Origin: Spirochaetia bacterium
Lineage (GTDB): Bacteria; Spirochaetota; Spirochaetia; DSM-16054; Sediminispirochaetaceae
DNA: 64,000 nt
Direction of reading: 5' to 3'
Assembly: GCA_034520965.1 (NCBI GenBank)
Contig: JAXHMY010000001.1
Span: 608,001-672,000 of the forward strand
The notes beneath the pieces were generated by a model. That model was given only the letters and a program-made list of their open reading frames with translations. It did no database searches and was not told the origin of the DNA. The translations under genes were made by a program, and so were the position numbers. The number at the start of each line of letters is the position of its first letter. Position 1 is the stretch's first letter. Shown here piece by piece: positions 40,044-50,476 of the stretch.

Positions 40044-41378
40044 TCAGCTCTGCACTTCCCTTTCCTGCATCCGCGCAGCCCTGGAGAGCATGAGCTGCTG
40101 TAAGCGGTCGCGATCAGCCACTATATAACGGGCAACCATGAAAAATATCAACCCGCAGGGAAGCCACCAGAACAGCGCAAAGTTCATGGTAAATTGGTAG
40201 CCAATCGGTACGAGCAGCCCCCCTATCGCCGGGCCAAAGCCCTGTCCAAGGTTATCGGTAATATTGAATACGGCAAACACCGACCCTCGGTGCTCAGGAC
40301 GGTTTACGTTCATCAGAATAGCCTTTACATTCGCAGAGGGCACCGATACCAGGAAGCCACCAACAAATGCTCCAAGGTTAAGCAGCAACAGCTGCATTCC
40401 TTCAGGGTCAAACACGGGGTAGTTTAGCACTGGGAGCATCGGCAGAATCCCCACAAGGACTCCGGCGCCGCACAGCAGCGGCAGCAAACGCGGATTTTTA
40501 CGATACAGTCGCTCTCCAATTACCGCAAAAACAACGGCCCCAATCGTTGCTCCAAGGCCCATCATTAAAAACACAGTAGTTGCTTCTTCCTTCGAAAAGC
40601 CGCGCTCCTGCTCCAAAAAAATAATTACCCAGTAACTGAGAATTCCCCAGGGAATGGTGCCTGGAACCCCCTGCAGAAAAGTCCAGAAATTCGTACGGTT
40701 TGAAAAGAGCAGCTTAAAATCACTCAGTTTGATGCGGGAGGTATACGCAATACCCGATTGAATCAGCTTCTCTAAGGCCTTCTCCGTCCGTCCCCGCTCA
40801 GGGTCCCGGGCATACAGGGCAAATATCAGGGCTAAAGGAAAGTTTGGTGCCGCCGCCAGGATAAAGGCGATTCTCCAGCCAAAACTGCCTGTCAAGTAAC
40901 CTGCCAAAGCCGGCCCCCCCATCATACCGACTGCCCATGCAACTCCCAACCACGCAGAAGCGGAGGCGCGATGCTCTTCGCGAAAATAGTCGGAAATGAG
41001 CGAAAAAGAGATAGGATAGATACCGCCAATACCGATTCCTGTTAGAATCCGCAGCAGGGTGAAACTCCACAAGGTTTGAGTAAAAAAGGGAATACCGGTT
41101 AGTAGACAGGGAATCTCTCCAACGAACACTGTAATCACCAGCAGTTTTTTCCGGGAGATGAGGTCGGTGAAATAACCGAACACAATACTTATAAAGGCGC
41201 CCACCAGCGTAAATGCAGAGCCGATAAATCCCAAGGTCCTTACATCGGCTCCATACTCGGCGGATAGCTCCGGCAGTATAGCCGACATAATTCTCTGATC
41301 AGCAAACAGAAAGACCGACATCAATACCAACAAAAGCAGGGTAATAGTATCGCGGCTGCTCATTTTTACCGGTTCCAT
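40044..41378 (-). CDS. MFS transporter
   Basis: 12 TM; GYFTDLISRK, RILTGIGIG, LISDYFREEHR. Confidence 0.9.
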   Translation of the reverse strand: MEPVKMSSRDTITLLLLVLMSVFLFADQRIMSAILPELSAEYGADVRTLGFIGSAFTLVGAFISIVFGYFTDLISRKKLLVITVFVGEIPCLLTGIPFFTQTLWSFTLLRILTGIGIGGIYPISFSLISDYFREEHRASASAWLGVAWAVGMMGGPALAGYLTGSFGWRIAFILAAAPNFPLALIFALYARDPERGRTEKALEKLIQSGIAYTSRIKLSDFKLLFSNRTNFWTFLQGVPGTIPWGILSYWVIIFLEQERGFSKEEATTVFLMMGLGATIGAVVFAVIGERLYRKNPRLLPLLCGAGVLVGILPMLPVLNYPVFDPEGMQLLLLNLGAFVGGFLVSVPSANVKAILMNVNRPEHRGSVFAVFNITDNLGQGFGPAIGGLLVPIGYQFTMNFALFWWLPCGLIFFMVARYIVADRDRLQQLMLSRAARMQEREVQS

Positions 41379-41469
41379 GCAACTCCTCCTGCCTTATCTG
41401 ATGTCAAATCTCTCAGCTCATAGAATGGTACCCATCAAACCGCAGATGTGCAACTAATATTTAAGCCTC

Positions 41470-41500
41470 CTTCAAAAAACTTTGCTTTTTGAAAACTCCT
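41470..41500. repeat. Degenerate short palindrome related to 60361-60394
   Basis: CTTCAAAAAACTTTGCTTTTTGAAAACTCC vs CTTCAAAAATCTTTGATTTTTGGAAGTGCC (24/30). Confidence 0.5.
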
Positions 41501-41630
41501 GTTTTAATTTCTCCCTCCCATGAAACCCGCCAATAGATCGATTCGCTCGCCCGCATATTGATAAGCTGCCGATCAGCGCTGTACTGCTCAGGCTTCGCAC
41601 GATCAGAATTGCCCGGGCTACACTGGGCAG

Positions 41631-42386
41631 ATGAATAATACTGCAGAAATGATAGAAGCAGCCGCTGCACAGCTGGCTCGCACAACCGACGGCCTCGCTT
41701 TCAGTGGAAAAGTTGCCTATACCTATAATCCTCTCATCTATGCTTGGGCTCCACACGCAGAATATATACGCCGTTATGCAAACGGGCCGCGGGAGATTTT
41801 ATTGGTCGGTATGAACCCGGGACCGTGGGGAATGGCTCAGACCGGCGTCCCCTTTGGGGAAATACAGTTTGTGCGCGACTGGATGCAGATTGAGACAGCG
41901 GTTGGTCAGCCGGAAAAAAGCCACCCCAAAAAACCGATTGACGGATTCGCCTGCACCCGGAGTGAAGTGAGTGGGCGACGCCTGTGGAGCCTGATGCAGG
42001 AGCGTTTTGGTCCCGCCGAGAACTTTTTTAAACATCACTACGTGGCCAATTATTGCCCACTAGTTTTTATGGAAGCGGGGGGAAAAAACCTCACCCCAGA
42101 TAAACTGCCGAAACCCGAGCAGGATGCCCTGTTTGCAGCCTGCAATTCCCATTTAATCGAGCTTATTCATGCCCTTCAACCGGCATTTATAATTGGTGTA
42201 GGGAAGTTTGCTGCCGAGCGAATCCAACGCGCTTATTCGCTACAGCAAGATAAGGAGACGTCTGCAGGACCGGTGATTGACTCTATTTTGCATCCAAGCC
42301 CTGCCAGCCCCCAGGCTAATAAGGGCTGGGGACAACAAGCTGCATCAAAATTGATTGAGCTTGGCGCCTGGACGACAGAATCGTAG
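41631..42386 (+). CDS. SMUG1-family uracil-DNA glycosylase
   Basis: YNPL.YAW, GMNPGPWGMAQTGVPFG, SEVSG.R, NYCPL, HPSPASP. Confidence 0.93.
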   Translation: MNNTAEMIEAAAAQLARTTDGLAFSGKVAYTYNPLIYAWAPHAEYIRRYANGPREILLVGMNPGPWGMAQTGVPFGEIQFVRDWMQIETAVGQPEKSHPKKPIDGFACTRSEVSGRRLWSLMQERFGPAENFFKHHYVANYCPLVFMEAGGKNLTPDKLPKPEQDALFAACNSHLIELIHALQPAFIIGVGKFAAERIQRAYSLQQDKETSAGPVIDSILHPSPASPQANKGWGQQAASKLIELGAWTTES

Positions 42387-42401
42387 AAAAGCCTTCATTA
42401 A

Positions 42402-43670
42402 TGGTTCAAACCATGGGGAATTGAAGCAGGGAGTCGAATTACCCCCTCTATTAGAGTGTACCCACACTTTATTTTAGAGGAGGCCTGCCAATGCTTATCC
42501 CCCCATTTTGTCCCCATCCCGAATGTGAATATCACACCCAGCCACCTGGCCACGGGCGCTGGTACCACATCAATGGCAGCTACGAGACCCTGGCCCATGG
42601 GACGGTCACCCGCTTTAAATGCCTCGGCTGCGGCGGAGGGTTTAGCGAGCAAACCTTCCGCCTAGACTATTATGTAAAGCGAAAGCTCGACTATCAGGTG
42701 ATTTTCGATCATATGACCAACTGCGGGGGAGTACGCAAGACTGCCCGCATAATGGAGGTCAGCCACCAGGCGATCATCAACCGCTTAGGCCGTCTCGCCC
42801 GTCAGGCCATTGCGCTGCAGGCCGATGTCCTGCAGGACTATGTTCCCTGTGAGGATCTGGTCACCGACGGCTTCGAGAGCTTTGTCAGCGATCAGTACCA
42901 GCCGAATAACATTCACATCCTGGCCGGCAAGCGTTCACAGTTCTTTATCACCTTCGACTATGCCCATTTGCGGCGCAAGGGAAAGATGACCGAGCTGCAG
43001 AAGGACGAGCGTGACCGGCGGGAGAGGCACTACATCCGCAAGAGGATCTCCATCAGTCAGTCTTTCCTGCAGATTGTCGATCTGGTCGAACAATACGCGC
43101 AGAAGCGGCGGTTTACCTGCCTTTACAGCGATGAGAAGTTAGAGTATCAAAGATTGGTCATGGGCTCGGATGTGCTGCAGAGCCTAAAAAGCGAGGGGAG
43201 GTTTGAGCATGTGAGAATCTCTTCACAGCTCGAACGCACCATTGACAATCCACTTTTTTCTGTCAACTATCTGGACAGGCAATTTAGGAAGGATAATGCC
43301 AATCATGTGCGTGAGACGGTGCGCTTCTCCGAGAATGTGAATAACTGTCTTGAGCGCATGGCGGTCTACCAGCTGTATCAGAATTATTTCAAGCCCTTTC
43401 GCATTGACCGGCCTTTTTTACAGGACTTCTCCCATGCCGAGGTGGCCGGTGTGCCCCGGGGTAAAATCGCAAGAGGGCTGCGGGGCATCTTTACCATGCG
43501 CAAGTTCTACACCCATGTAAAGCTCAACTGGTCGCAACTGATGGTGTGGGCTCGGATGACCGGAACCCTGGATAAGTTCGACGGGATGTACTGGCCCAAA
43601 TATGTGTGGATGTAACATCCCTTACTCGCAGAGGGCGTGTGAAAAATTGCATCCCCCATGGTTTGAACCA
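42402..43670 (+). mobile_element. IS1/IS1595-like insertion sequence, copy B (intact)
   Basis: Perfect inverted repeats TGGTTCAAACCATGGGG / CCCCATGGTTTGAACCA flanked by TTAA on both sides (42398-401, 43671-74); single ORF; lies between convergent genes. Confidence 0.88.
42491..43615 (+). CDS. Transposase: Zn-ribbon + HTH + RNase H-like DD(N/D) domain
   Basis: CPHPEC...CLGC, GVRKTARIMEVSHQAIINRL HTH, LVTDGFES, LYSDEK, NPLFSVNYLDRQFRK, YQNYFKP. Confidence 0.8.
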   Translation: MLIPPFCPHPECEYHTQPPGHGRWYHINGSYETLAHGTVTRFKCLGCGGGFSEQTFRLDYYVKRKLDYQVIFDHMTNCGGVRKTARIMEVSHQAIINRLGRLARQAIALQADVLQDYVPCEDLVTDGFESFVSDQYQPNNIHILAGKRSQFFITFDYAHLRRKGKMTELQKDERDRRERHYIRKRISISQSFLQIVDLVEQYAQKRRFTCLYSDEKLEYQRLVMGSDVLQSLKSEGRFEHVRISSQLERTIDNPLFSVNYLDRQFRKDNANHVRETVRFSENVNNCLERMAVYQLYQNYFKPFRIDRPFLQDFSHAEVAGVPRGKIARGLRGIFTMRKFYTHVKLNWSQLMVWARMTGTLDKFDGMYWPKYVWM

Positions 43671-43674
43671 TTAA

Positions 43675-44046
43675 CTATTCTTCACGCATATCTCTTATAA
43701 CTGCAAGATGGTGCTGTGCCTGCTGAACCGCGTTTCTTAATTCTTCTTGAAATGCAGGAAATTGTTCTTCCACCTCTTCGATATTCCCTCTCAAAGCTTC
43801 GCGTTCAAGAAACCGGCTAATATTACCTAGGCTGTACAAGCGGACCGCTGAAAGGTTGTTCGTAAGAGAGTGAAAAGCATCAACCGTATTCTGCAGCTCA
43901 CCCTTGGATAAAGCCTCTTCAATGCCGGACATTTTGTCGGGGACATCCCGATAAAAAAGTTCCAAAAGCTGTTGTGCAATCTCTATATCACCCTGGTAGT
44001 CCTGGATAAAGGTACTGAAGTCGGTGAGCGACGCAGAATTTCTCAC
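43675..44046 (-). CDS. Hpt phosphotransfer domain protein
   Basis: LLELFYRD...AFHSLTNNLSAV...LEREA; directly downstream of a hybrid kinase. Confidence 0.75.
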   Translation of the reverse strand: MRNSASLTDFSTFIQDYQGDIEIAQQLLELFYRDVPDKMSGIEEALSKGELQNTVDAFHSLTNNLSAVRLYSLGNISRFLEREALRGNIEEVEEQFPAFQEELRNAVQQAQHHLAVIRDMREE

Positions 44047-44069
44047 CGCGGTTTCAATCAGTATCGAAT

Positions 44070-46480
44070 TTATGCCAGTAGTCCAAAGCCGGTAGAACCC
44101 ACTCCCAGAGGTTCTCTTTTGTTCTTGTTCTCATGCTCAAACAGGAATACACTTCCAATGGCCTGTGCCAGAATATCCCGAGAGAGCGGTTTTGACACAT
44201 ACGCATTCATCCCGCAGGAAAGGATATGGTGCACATCCTCTTTCATTGCATAGGCGGTTAAGGCAATTATGGGAATCTGAGGATTGAACCGAGATTCATC
44301 GGAGCTGCGAATTTTTCGGGTAGCATCCAAACCATTCATTACCGGCATTTGGACATCCATTAACACTAAATCAAAGCTCTTTTGACTTAGAAGCTTGAGC
44401 GCCTCACTCCCATTTTCAGATATCTCAACCTCATGTCCCATCTCACTGAGAAAATAGGCGATGGATTTTTGATTAAGTTCATTATCCTCAGCAAGTAAAA
44501 TTTTTAAAGATCAGAGGGAGACGGGATGGTATGTTTTTGACTGCTACTATGCTGGTCTGTTCCACTACCCAACATAAAAGAAACAGTAAAGAAAAAACTA
44601 CTGCCCCTTCCGGGCGTGCTTTCAACCCAAATCTTACCACCCATTATCTCGATTAACTGTTTGGTTATTGCTAATCCAAGGCCAAAGCCTTGCTGCTTTT
44701 TCGAAAAACCCGAATCGACTTGCTGGAAACTGTCAAATATCCGCTCAATCTCTTCTTCAGATATACCGATTCCACTGTCCTTCACAGCAAAACGGAGAGT
44801 TGCACTCTCTCCAGCTGTTTGTTCAAGATTTACAGAAACTGTAATCGTACCCCTGTGAGTAAATTTGACGGCATTACCGACCAAGTTTGCCAACACTTGC
44901 TGCAATCTCTGAGCATCACCAATTAGAATATTGGGCACGTCGTCGGCAACACTAATATCCAGTGTTAATTCGGAATCCTGTTTTCCAATAAAAAGCGGTA
45001 TTACCGATTTTTTGACAGTGCTTCTCAGTTGGAAGGTATTATTCTCGACAATGATACTTCCTGCCTCAATTTTAGAAAGTTCCAATACTTTGTTGATAAT
45101 ATCCTGCAAGGACTCTTCTGCATCCTTCATAAGCAACAGCTGCTCTCGCTGTTCTTGTGTTAAGTCTTCACTTAATAAGATATCCGTCATTCCCATGATA
45201 CCACTCAGGGGCGTACGAATCTCATGGCTGACATTTGCCAAAAAACGGCTTTTGGACTGGTTGGCCGACTCAGCTGCTTGTTTCGCATTTTCAAATTCCC
45301 GAAGGATTCTTCGGTTTTCAGTAATATCTTTGAAGGTAGCCACCGATGCGTAAGGTGAAATTTCACCTGTACGAAAAAGCGGCTCGGAGTTGATGGAGAC
45401 CCACCTGTAGGTTCCGTCCACTCGAATAATTTTCAGCTCATAATTTCTAATTTTGCGGCCCTCTTTCAAAGACACTATACTCGGTAGCTTTTCCTTCTCA
45501 AGGAGCTCACCCTTCTTGCTGAATATCTGCAGGCCCTTCATAAGAATCTTTGGATCAAGGGATGTATCATTGCGCAGTCCAAGTAGTCGCGCTGCGGCCA
45601 GGTTATAGAGAATGACTCTTTCCGTCTTGTCGCGAACTAATAAGCCGCTTGGCATGGAACGTACCAGCGATTTGAACAATTTCTCACCACTGTCCTGCTT
45701 CTCTTCATAGCTAAGTCGTGAAAAGAGCATTCCCAAATAGTTCGCTACAGTCTCTGCTTCCAAAAGATGTGTAGAGTAGCTATTCTCCGGTGAAAGGGCA
45801 AACAATACTACCATTGCATATAAGGAGTTTTCACCAGTAATCGGCAGCAGGAGCATGGCCTGTACTCCTTGCTCCTGTAGCAATGGAGAAATAGGGTTTT
45901 TTCGACTCCTACGTTCAAACAAAAGGGGGCTGTGTATACCGGACCACTCTCTTGAACTCTGGTTGGATAAAAAGTGTCTAAACGCTTCAGATAGCCCATG
46001 GGAATACTTAAAATCAAGTTGATTTTCGTTGGTACTTTTTAAGTAAAGTGCTCCGCCGTCAAAACCGAAATAGGAACTTACCCTATTAAGCAGCTCTTTG
46101 TAAGCCTGAGTATAGTGAGGAGCATCTATCAAGACACGAGCTAAAATACATTCTATTGATTCTGGTTCCGGCTCGAAAAGTATTAAAAAACCCTGTGATT
46201 CCGGTTCCGGCTGTACCCTCCCGTTCACAATGAGCGTGTGGCCTTCGGAGTGCATTACGGCCGCCTTAAACAGCCTCCCATCCAGACAGGTTTTGAGAAT
46301 CTGCTGGATATCGCCCTGGGGATGAGCATAGAGCAGGTCCTGCAGCGGACGACCGTAAAAGTTACTTTCATTTTCGCCGCCGATCAATTCAATACAACGC
46401 CGATTTAGTGACAGAATAGTATGTGAGGCATCTATTACAGCAGCCGGAAAGGGCAAGGCATCTATAGAGAGGCTTTTCAT
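44070..46480 (-). CDS. Cytoplasmic hybrid kinase (PAS-GAF-PAS-HisKA-HATPase-REC), frameshift near 44505
   Basis: VSHEIRTPL, GFGLGLAI in 44504..46480; receiver KILLAED...DVQMPVMNG continues in another frame to 44070. Confidence 0.88.
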
Positions 46481-46784
46481 GGCTTATCTCCCTTTATAGT
46501 ATGCGGCATAAACGGCGGTTAAGAAACTAGGAAATTCAACAATTTTATTTTTTTTTGGACAACTATTGAGTTCCATGTTAATGTATTAGTATAGTTTTTA
46601 TAAGAAATTTTTTCACATTTAATGTGTTTTTATATTATTATTTATAATATCTATAACAATATTTTATATTTTATAATAATATTTTAAAGTTTATTTAATT
46701 TATCTGTACTTCTAAGCTGAGCAAAATAAGTATGGTCACCGGCAATTAAGCGCATAGCGCTATTAAACATAAGGAGGGTGATCT

Positions 46785-47339
46785 ATGGCAGTGGATGCAC
46801 AATTAGATCAAAAAGAAACAGACCAGGGGGCCTGTTGCAGCGATCAACTCTCTGAGGAAGAGATGGCCGCACGGATCGATGAGGTAATTGATACCTTTTC
46901 CGGCGTAAAAGGAGCCTTGATTCCCGTACTGCAAACCGCCCAAAACCTATTCGGATATCTTGCCGAACCGGTTCTCAAAAAAGTGAGTCTTAAACTCAAT
47001 ATCCCATACAGTGAAGTAGCTGGGGTAGTTAGCTTTTACTCCTATTTTTCCACCATTCCTCGCGGCAAAAATATTGTAAGGGTATGCTTAGGAACCGCAT
47101 GCTATGTTCGCGGAGGAAAGGAAGTTCTGCAATCTATTCAGGACTACCTTGGCATCGATGTAGGAGGCACTACCGACGACAGGGTTTTTAGCCTTGAAAT
47201 TGGACGCTGTTTCGGTGCATGTGGTTTAGCACCGGTGGTGATGATTAACGACCATGTCTATCAGCGCGTAAAGCCATCTAAGGTAAAAGACCTGCTTGTA
47301 CCTTACCGTGCTTCTGAACCGTGCGGGGAGGAAGAATAA
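46785..47339 (+). CDS. hydC: NuoE/HydC-like [2Fe-2S] subunit
   Basis: VCLGTACYVRG...RCFGACGLAPV; AAGGAGG RBS. Confidence 0.9.
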   Translation: MAVDAQLDQKETDQGACCSDQLSEEEMAARIDEVIDTFSGVKGALIPVLQTAQNLFGYLAEPVLKKVSLKLNIPYSEVAGVVSFYSYFSTIPRGKNIVRVCLGTACYVRGGKEVLQSIQDYLGIDVGGTTDDRVFSLEIGRCFGACGLAPVVMINDHVYQRVKPSKVKDLLVPYRASEPCGEEE

Positions 47340-50300
47340 TGGAAGGACAAATGAAAATTAAGTCGGCCAAGGACCTCGAAAAGCGCCAAAAGGCCGCACA
47401 AAAATCACGCCCAGAAACTGAACAGGTTATTCACCTGTGCGCAGGAGCCGGCTGTATTGCTTCAGGAGCTCTTGAAGTAAAAAATGCCCTGGAGAAGGCC
47501 TTTGAGACAGAAGGCATTTCGGTACCAATTAAGGAGACCGGCTGTCTGGGTCCGTGTGCCCGGGGACCGGTACTATTGATAAAACCGGAAGAAGTGTTTT
47601 ATGAAGGGGTAAAACCGGAAGATGCGGAGGAGATTGTAAAGCAACATTTCAAGCGGAAAGAGGTGGTTAAACATCTTACACACCGGAACTTCTCCGACAA
47701 CCGACAGGTTGACACGGCCAAAGAAGTAGAATTCTACCGTGGTCAGGCTCGAATCGTATTGCGAAACTGCGGGTACATCGACCCGCTGAATCTGGATGAT
47801 TTTATTGCAGTCGGCGGCTACTCCGCTTTAGCAAAGACCCTTTCGGATTATACTCCCGAGAAAGTTGTCGAGGAGATAAAGCACTCCGGTCTACGTGGTC
47901 GCGGCGGAGCCGGTTTTCCAACCTGGCTTAAATGGGAACTTACCCGCAAGGCCGAGGGTACAGAAAAATATGTGTTGTGTAATGCCGATGAGGGAGACCC
48001 CGGCGCTTTCATGGACCGAAGTGTACTCGAAGGCGATCCGCACAGCTTGATTGAGGGAATGACAATCGCAGCTTTTGCCATCGGAGCAAGCCGCGGTTTT
48101 GTATATGTTCGAGCCGAATATCCCTTGGCGGTAAGCCGTTTTGGAAAAGCCCTAGAACAGGCCCGGGAAACCGGCTTACTCGGTGACAATATTATGGGTA
48201 CTGATTTCTCCTTTGACTTAGAAATCAGGATGGGCTCAGGAGCATTTGTCTGCGGTGAAGAAACAGCACTCATCCACTCTATAGAGGGTAAACGGGGTGA
48301 ACCGAGGCCGCGGCCCCCCTTTCCCGCTCAGAAAGGCCTTTGGGACAAACCGAGCCTACTGAACAATGTGGAAACCTACACCAACGTGGCAGCCATAATG
48401 GATAAGGGCTCCGGCTGGTACAGCTCCTTCGGTACCGAAGAGAGCAAAGGGACCAAGGTATTTGCCCTGGCAGGGGCAATCAATATTAGCGGTCTGGTTG
48501 AGGTGCCGATTGGCACCAGCCTTGGTGAACTGATATACGATATCGGCAGCGGTATCCCGGGGGGTAAGCAATTTAAGGCGGCCCAAATCGGTGGTCCCTC
48601 CGGTGGATGTATTCCTAAGCAATATCTAAATGTCCCCCTGGATTATAATACACTCAGTGAGCTTGGGGCTATCATGGGCTCCGGCGGCCTGATCGTCATG
48701 GACGACGACACTTGCATGGTGGACGTAGCCCGCTATTTTCTGGAGTTTGTTCAGGAAGAGTCCTGCGGAAAGTGCACCCCCTGTCGGGTGGGAACCAAAC
48801 GTATGCTCGAGATTCTCACCCGAATTACAGAGGGTGATGGTCGGGATGGTGATATTGAACGCCTGATTGAGATAGGTGAACAGATCAAAGACACCGCTCT
48901 GTGCGGCTTAGGACAAACCGCTCCAAATCCGGTACTCTCTACCATCCGGCATTTTCGGCACGAGTATGTACAGCATATTCGTGATAAACATTGCGAAGCC
49001 GGCGTCTGTGCTGGACTGGTCCGGGCTCCATGTCAAAGTGCATGCCCGGCGGGAGTCGATGTCCCCGGATTTGTCTCACTAGTTGGAGAAAAACGCTATG
49101 CAGAAGCACTACGGCTGCATCGCGAACGCAACCCCTTTGCAGCCGTATGCGCGAGGGTCTGCTTTCATACCTGTGAAGATAAGTGCCGTCGTTCTACCCT
49201 TGATGATTCGGTCGCAATCCGCGGGATAAAGCGCTTTATGGTTGACCAAGAGGTGACCATTCAACTGCCGGAAATTCGGGAAAGCAGCACAAATGCAAAA
49301 CGAAAGATTGCTGTGATCGGCGGCGGTCCTGCCGGTCTCTCCTGTGCCTACTTTCTTGCACGACTTGGGTATTCACCAACAGTCTTCGAAGCTGAACAGC
49401 GACCTGGAGGAATGATGGTCCAGACCATCCCGGCCTACCGGCTGCCCCGGGAAACCTTGGCTAGAGAAATACGTATGATCGAGAATATGGGAGTCAATAT
49501 AGTCACGGACACCGCTTTAGGCAGAGATTTTACCCTGAAGGAGCTGCGCTCGCAGGGCTACGATGCGGCATTTCTGGGTATAGGAGCTCCGGTCAATATG
49601 GATATGGGCATACCCGGGGAAGACGCCGAGGGCGTAGTACAGGGCATAAATTTTCTTAAACAGTACAACATCCGTGGTTCAGTTCCAGTAGGAAAGAAGC
49701 AGGTAATAATCGGCGGGGGAAATGCTGCAGTTGATGCTGCCCGGACCGCGATTCGTCTCGGTGCCGATGCGGTTACTATTCTCTACCGCAGAACCCAAGA
49801 CCAAATGCCTGCTTATGCAGAAGAAATTGAAGAGGCTCTACTGGAGGGGGTGAAGCTAAGAACCCTCACTCAACCGATAGCTATTGAAAAGAACGGAGTT
49901 GGCAAGGTAAAGGGGGTAACCTGTGCCTGCATGCAACTTGGAGAATTCGACCGCAGCGGACGCAGACGACCAACCCACTCGGATCAGCAAAACTTTATAG
50001 TGGAAGCTGATCAAGTCATAATCGCTATTGGACAGCAGATAGATACCAGTCACTTTGCCGGTGAATTAGACATTCATCTTGGTGAAAACCGTTTTATCAA
50101 AACCAACCCTCTGACCGGACAAACCTCGGTCGATTGGATATTCTCCGGCGGAGATGCCGCTTCCGGACCTGTGTCGGTCGTGTCGGCCATCGGAGATGGC
50201 GAAAAAGCGGCGGTCGGCATTGATCAATACCTTACCGGAGAAACACACGCCTTCTGGCGCGAGGAAAAAGTGGTAGAAACCTCTTACGACCCGGATGCAG

Positions 50301-50476
50301 AGCCGGTACCCTACCCGCGTGAGAAAATGCCGGTTATCGGAACCGACCGTCGAAAGAACAACTTTGAAGAGGTTGAACGCAGTTGGTGTGAGAGTGTTGC
50401 CGTCCGACAGTGTGAACGCTGTCTGCGTTGCGATTACGGCAAAACACCTGCAAAATCAGGGAGCAATGTAGAATGA
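47339..50476 (+). CDS. hydB: NuoF/HydB-like FMN/NAD subunit fused to a GltD/NfnB-like FAD/NADPH Fe-S module
   Basis: N-terminal CAGAGC..CLGPC; GRGGAGFP, NADEGDPGAFMDR, GGPSGG, CGKCTPCR; then PCQSACP...CARVC..CEDKCRR, GGGPAG, GGGNAAVD..YRR, C-terminal CERCLRC. Confidence 0.9.
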   Translation: MEGQMKIKSAKDLEKRQKAAQKSRPETEQVIHLCAGAGCIASGALEVKNALEKAFETEGISVPIKETGCLGPCARGPVLLIKPEEVFYEGVKPEDAEEIVKQHFKRKEVVKHLTHRNFSDNRQVDTAKEVEFYRGQARIVLRNCGYIDPLNLDDFIAVGGYSALAKTLSDYTPEKVVEEIKHSGLRGRGGAGFPTWLKWELTRKAEGTEKYVLCNADEGDPGAFMDRSVLEGDPHSLIEGMTIAAFAIGASRGFVYVRAEYPLAVSRFGKALEQARETGLLGDNIMGTDFSFDLEIRMGSGAFVCGEETALIHSIEGKRGEPRPRPPFPAQKGLWDKPSLLNNVETYTNVAAIMDKGSGWYSSFGTEESKGTKVFALAGAINISGLVEVPIGTSLGELIYDIGSGIPGGKQFKAAQIGGPSGGCIPKQYLNVPLDYNTLSELGAIMGSGGLIVMDDDTCMVDVARYFLEFVQEESCGKCTPCRVGTKRMLEILTRITEGDGRDGDIERLIEIGEQIKDTALCGLGQTAPNPVLSTIRHFRHEYVQHIRDKHCEAGVCAGLVRAPCQSACPAGVDVPGFVSLVGEKRYAEALRLHRERNPFAAVCARVCFHTCEDKCRRSTLDDSVAIRGIKRFMVDQEVTIQLPEIRESSTNAKRKIAVIGGGPAGLSCAYFLARLGYSPTVFEAEQRPGGMMVQTIPAYRLPRETLAREIRMIENMGVNIVTDTALGRDFTLKELRSQGYDAAFLGIGAPVNMDMGIPGEDAEGVVQGINFLKQYNIRGSVPVGKKQVIIGGGNAAVDAARTAIRLGADAVTILYRRTQDQMPAYAEEIEEALLEGVKLRTLTQPIAIEKNGVGKVKGVTCACMQLGEFDRSGRRRPTHSDQQNFIVEADQVIIAIGQQIDTSHFAGELDIHLGENRFIKTNPLTGQTSVDWIFSGGDAASGPVSVVSAIGDGEKAAVGIDQYLTGETHAFWREEKVVETSYDPDAEPVPYPREKMPVIGTDRRKNNFEEVERSWCESVAVRQCERCLRCDYGKTPAKSGSNVE

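Noticed and set aside
46601..46660. Rex operator upstream of the hydrogenase
   Set aside because: Only half-sites (TTCACAT, ATAACAA) in a very AT-rich tract; not distinguishable from chance
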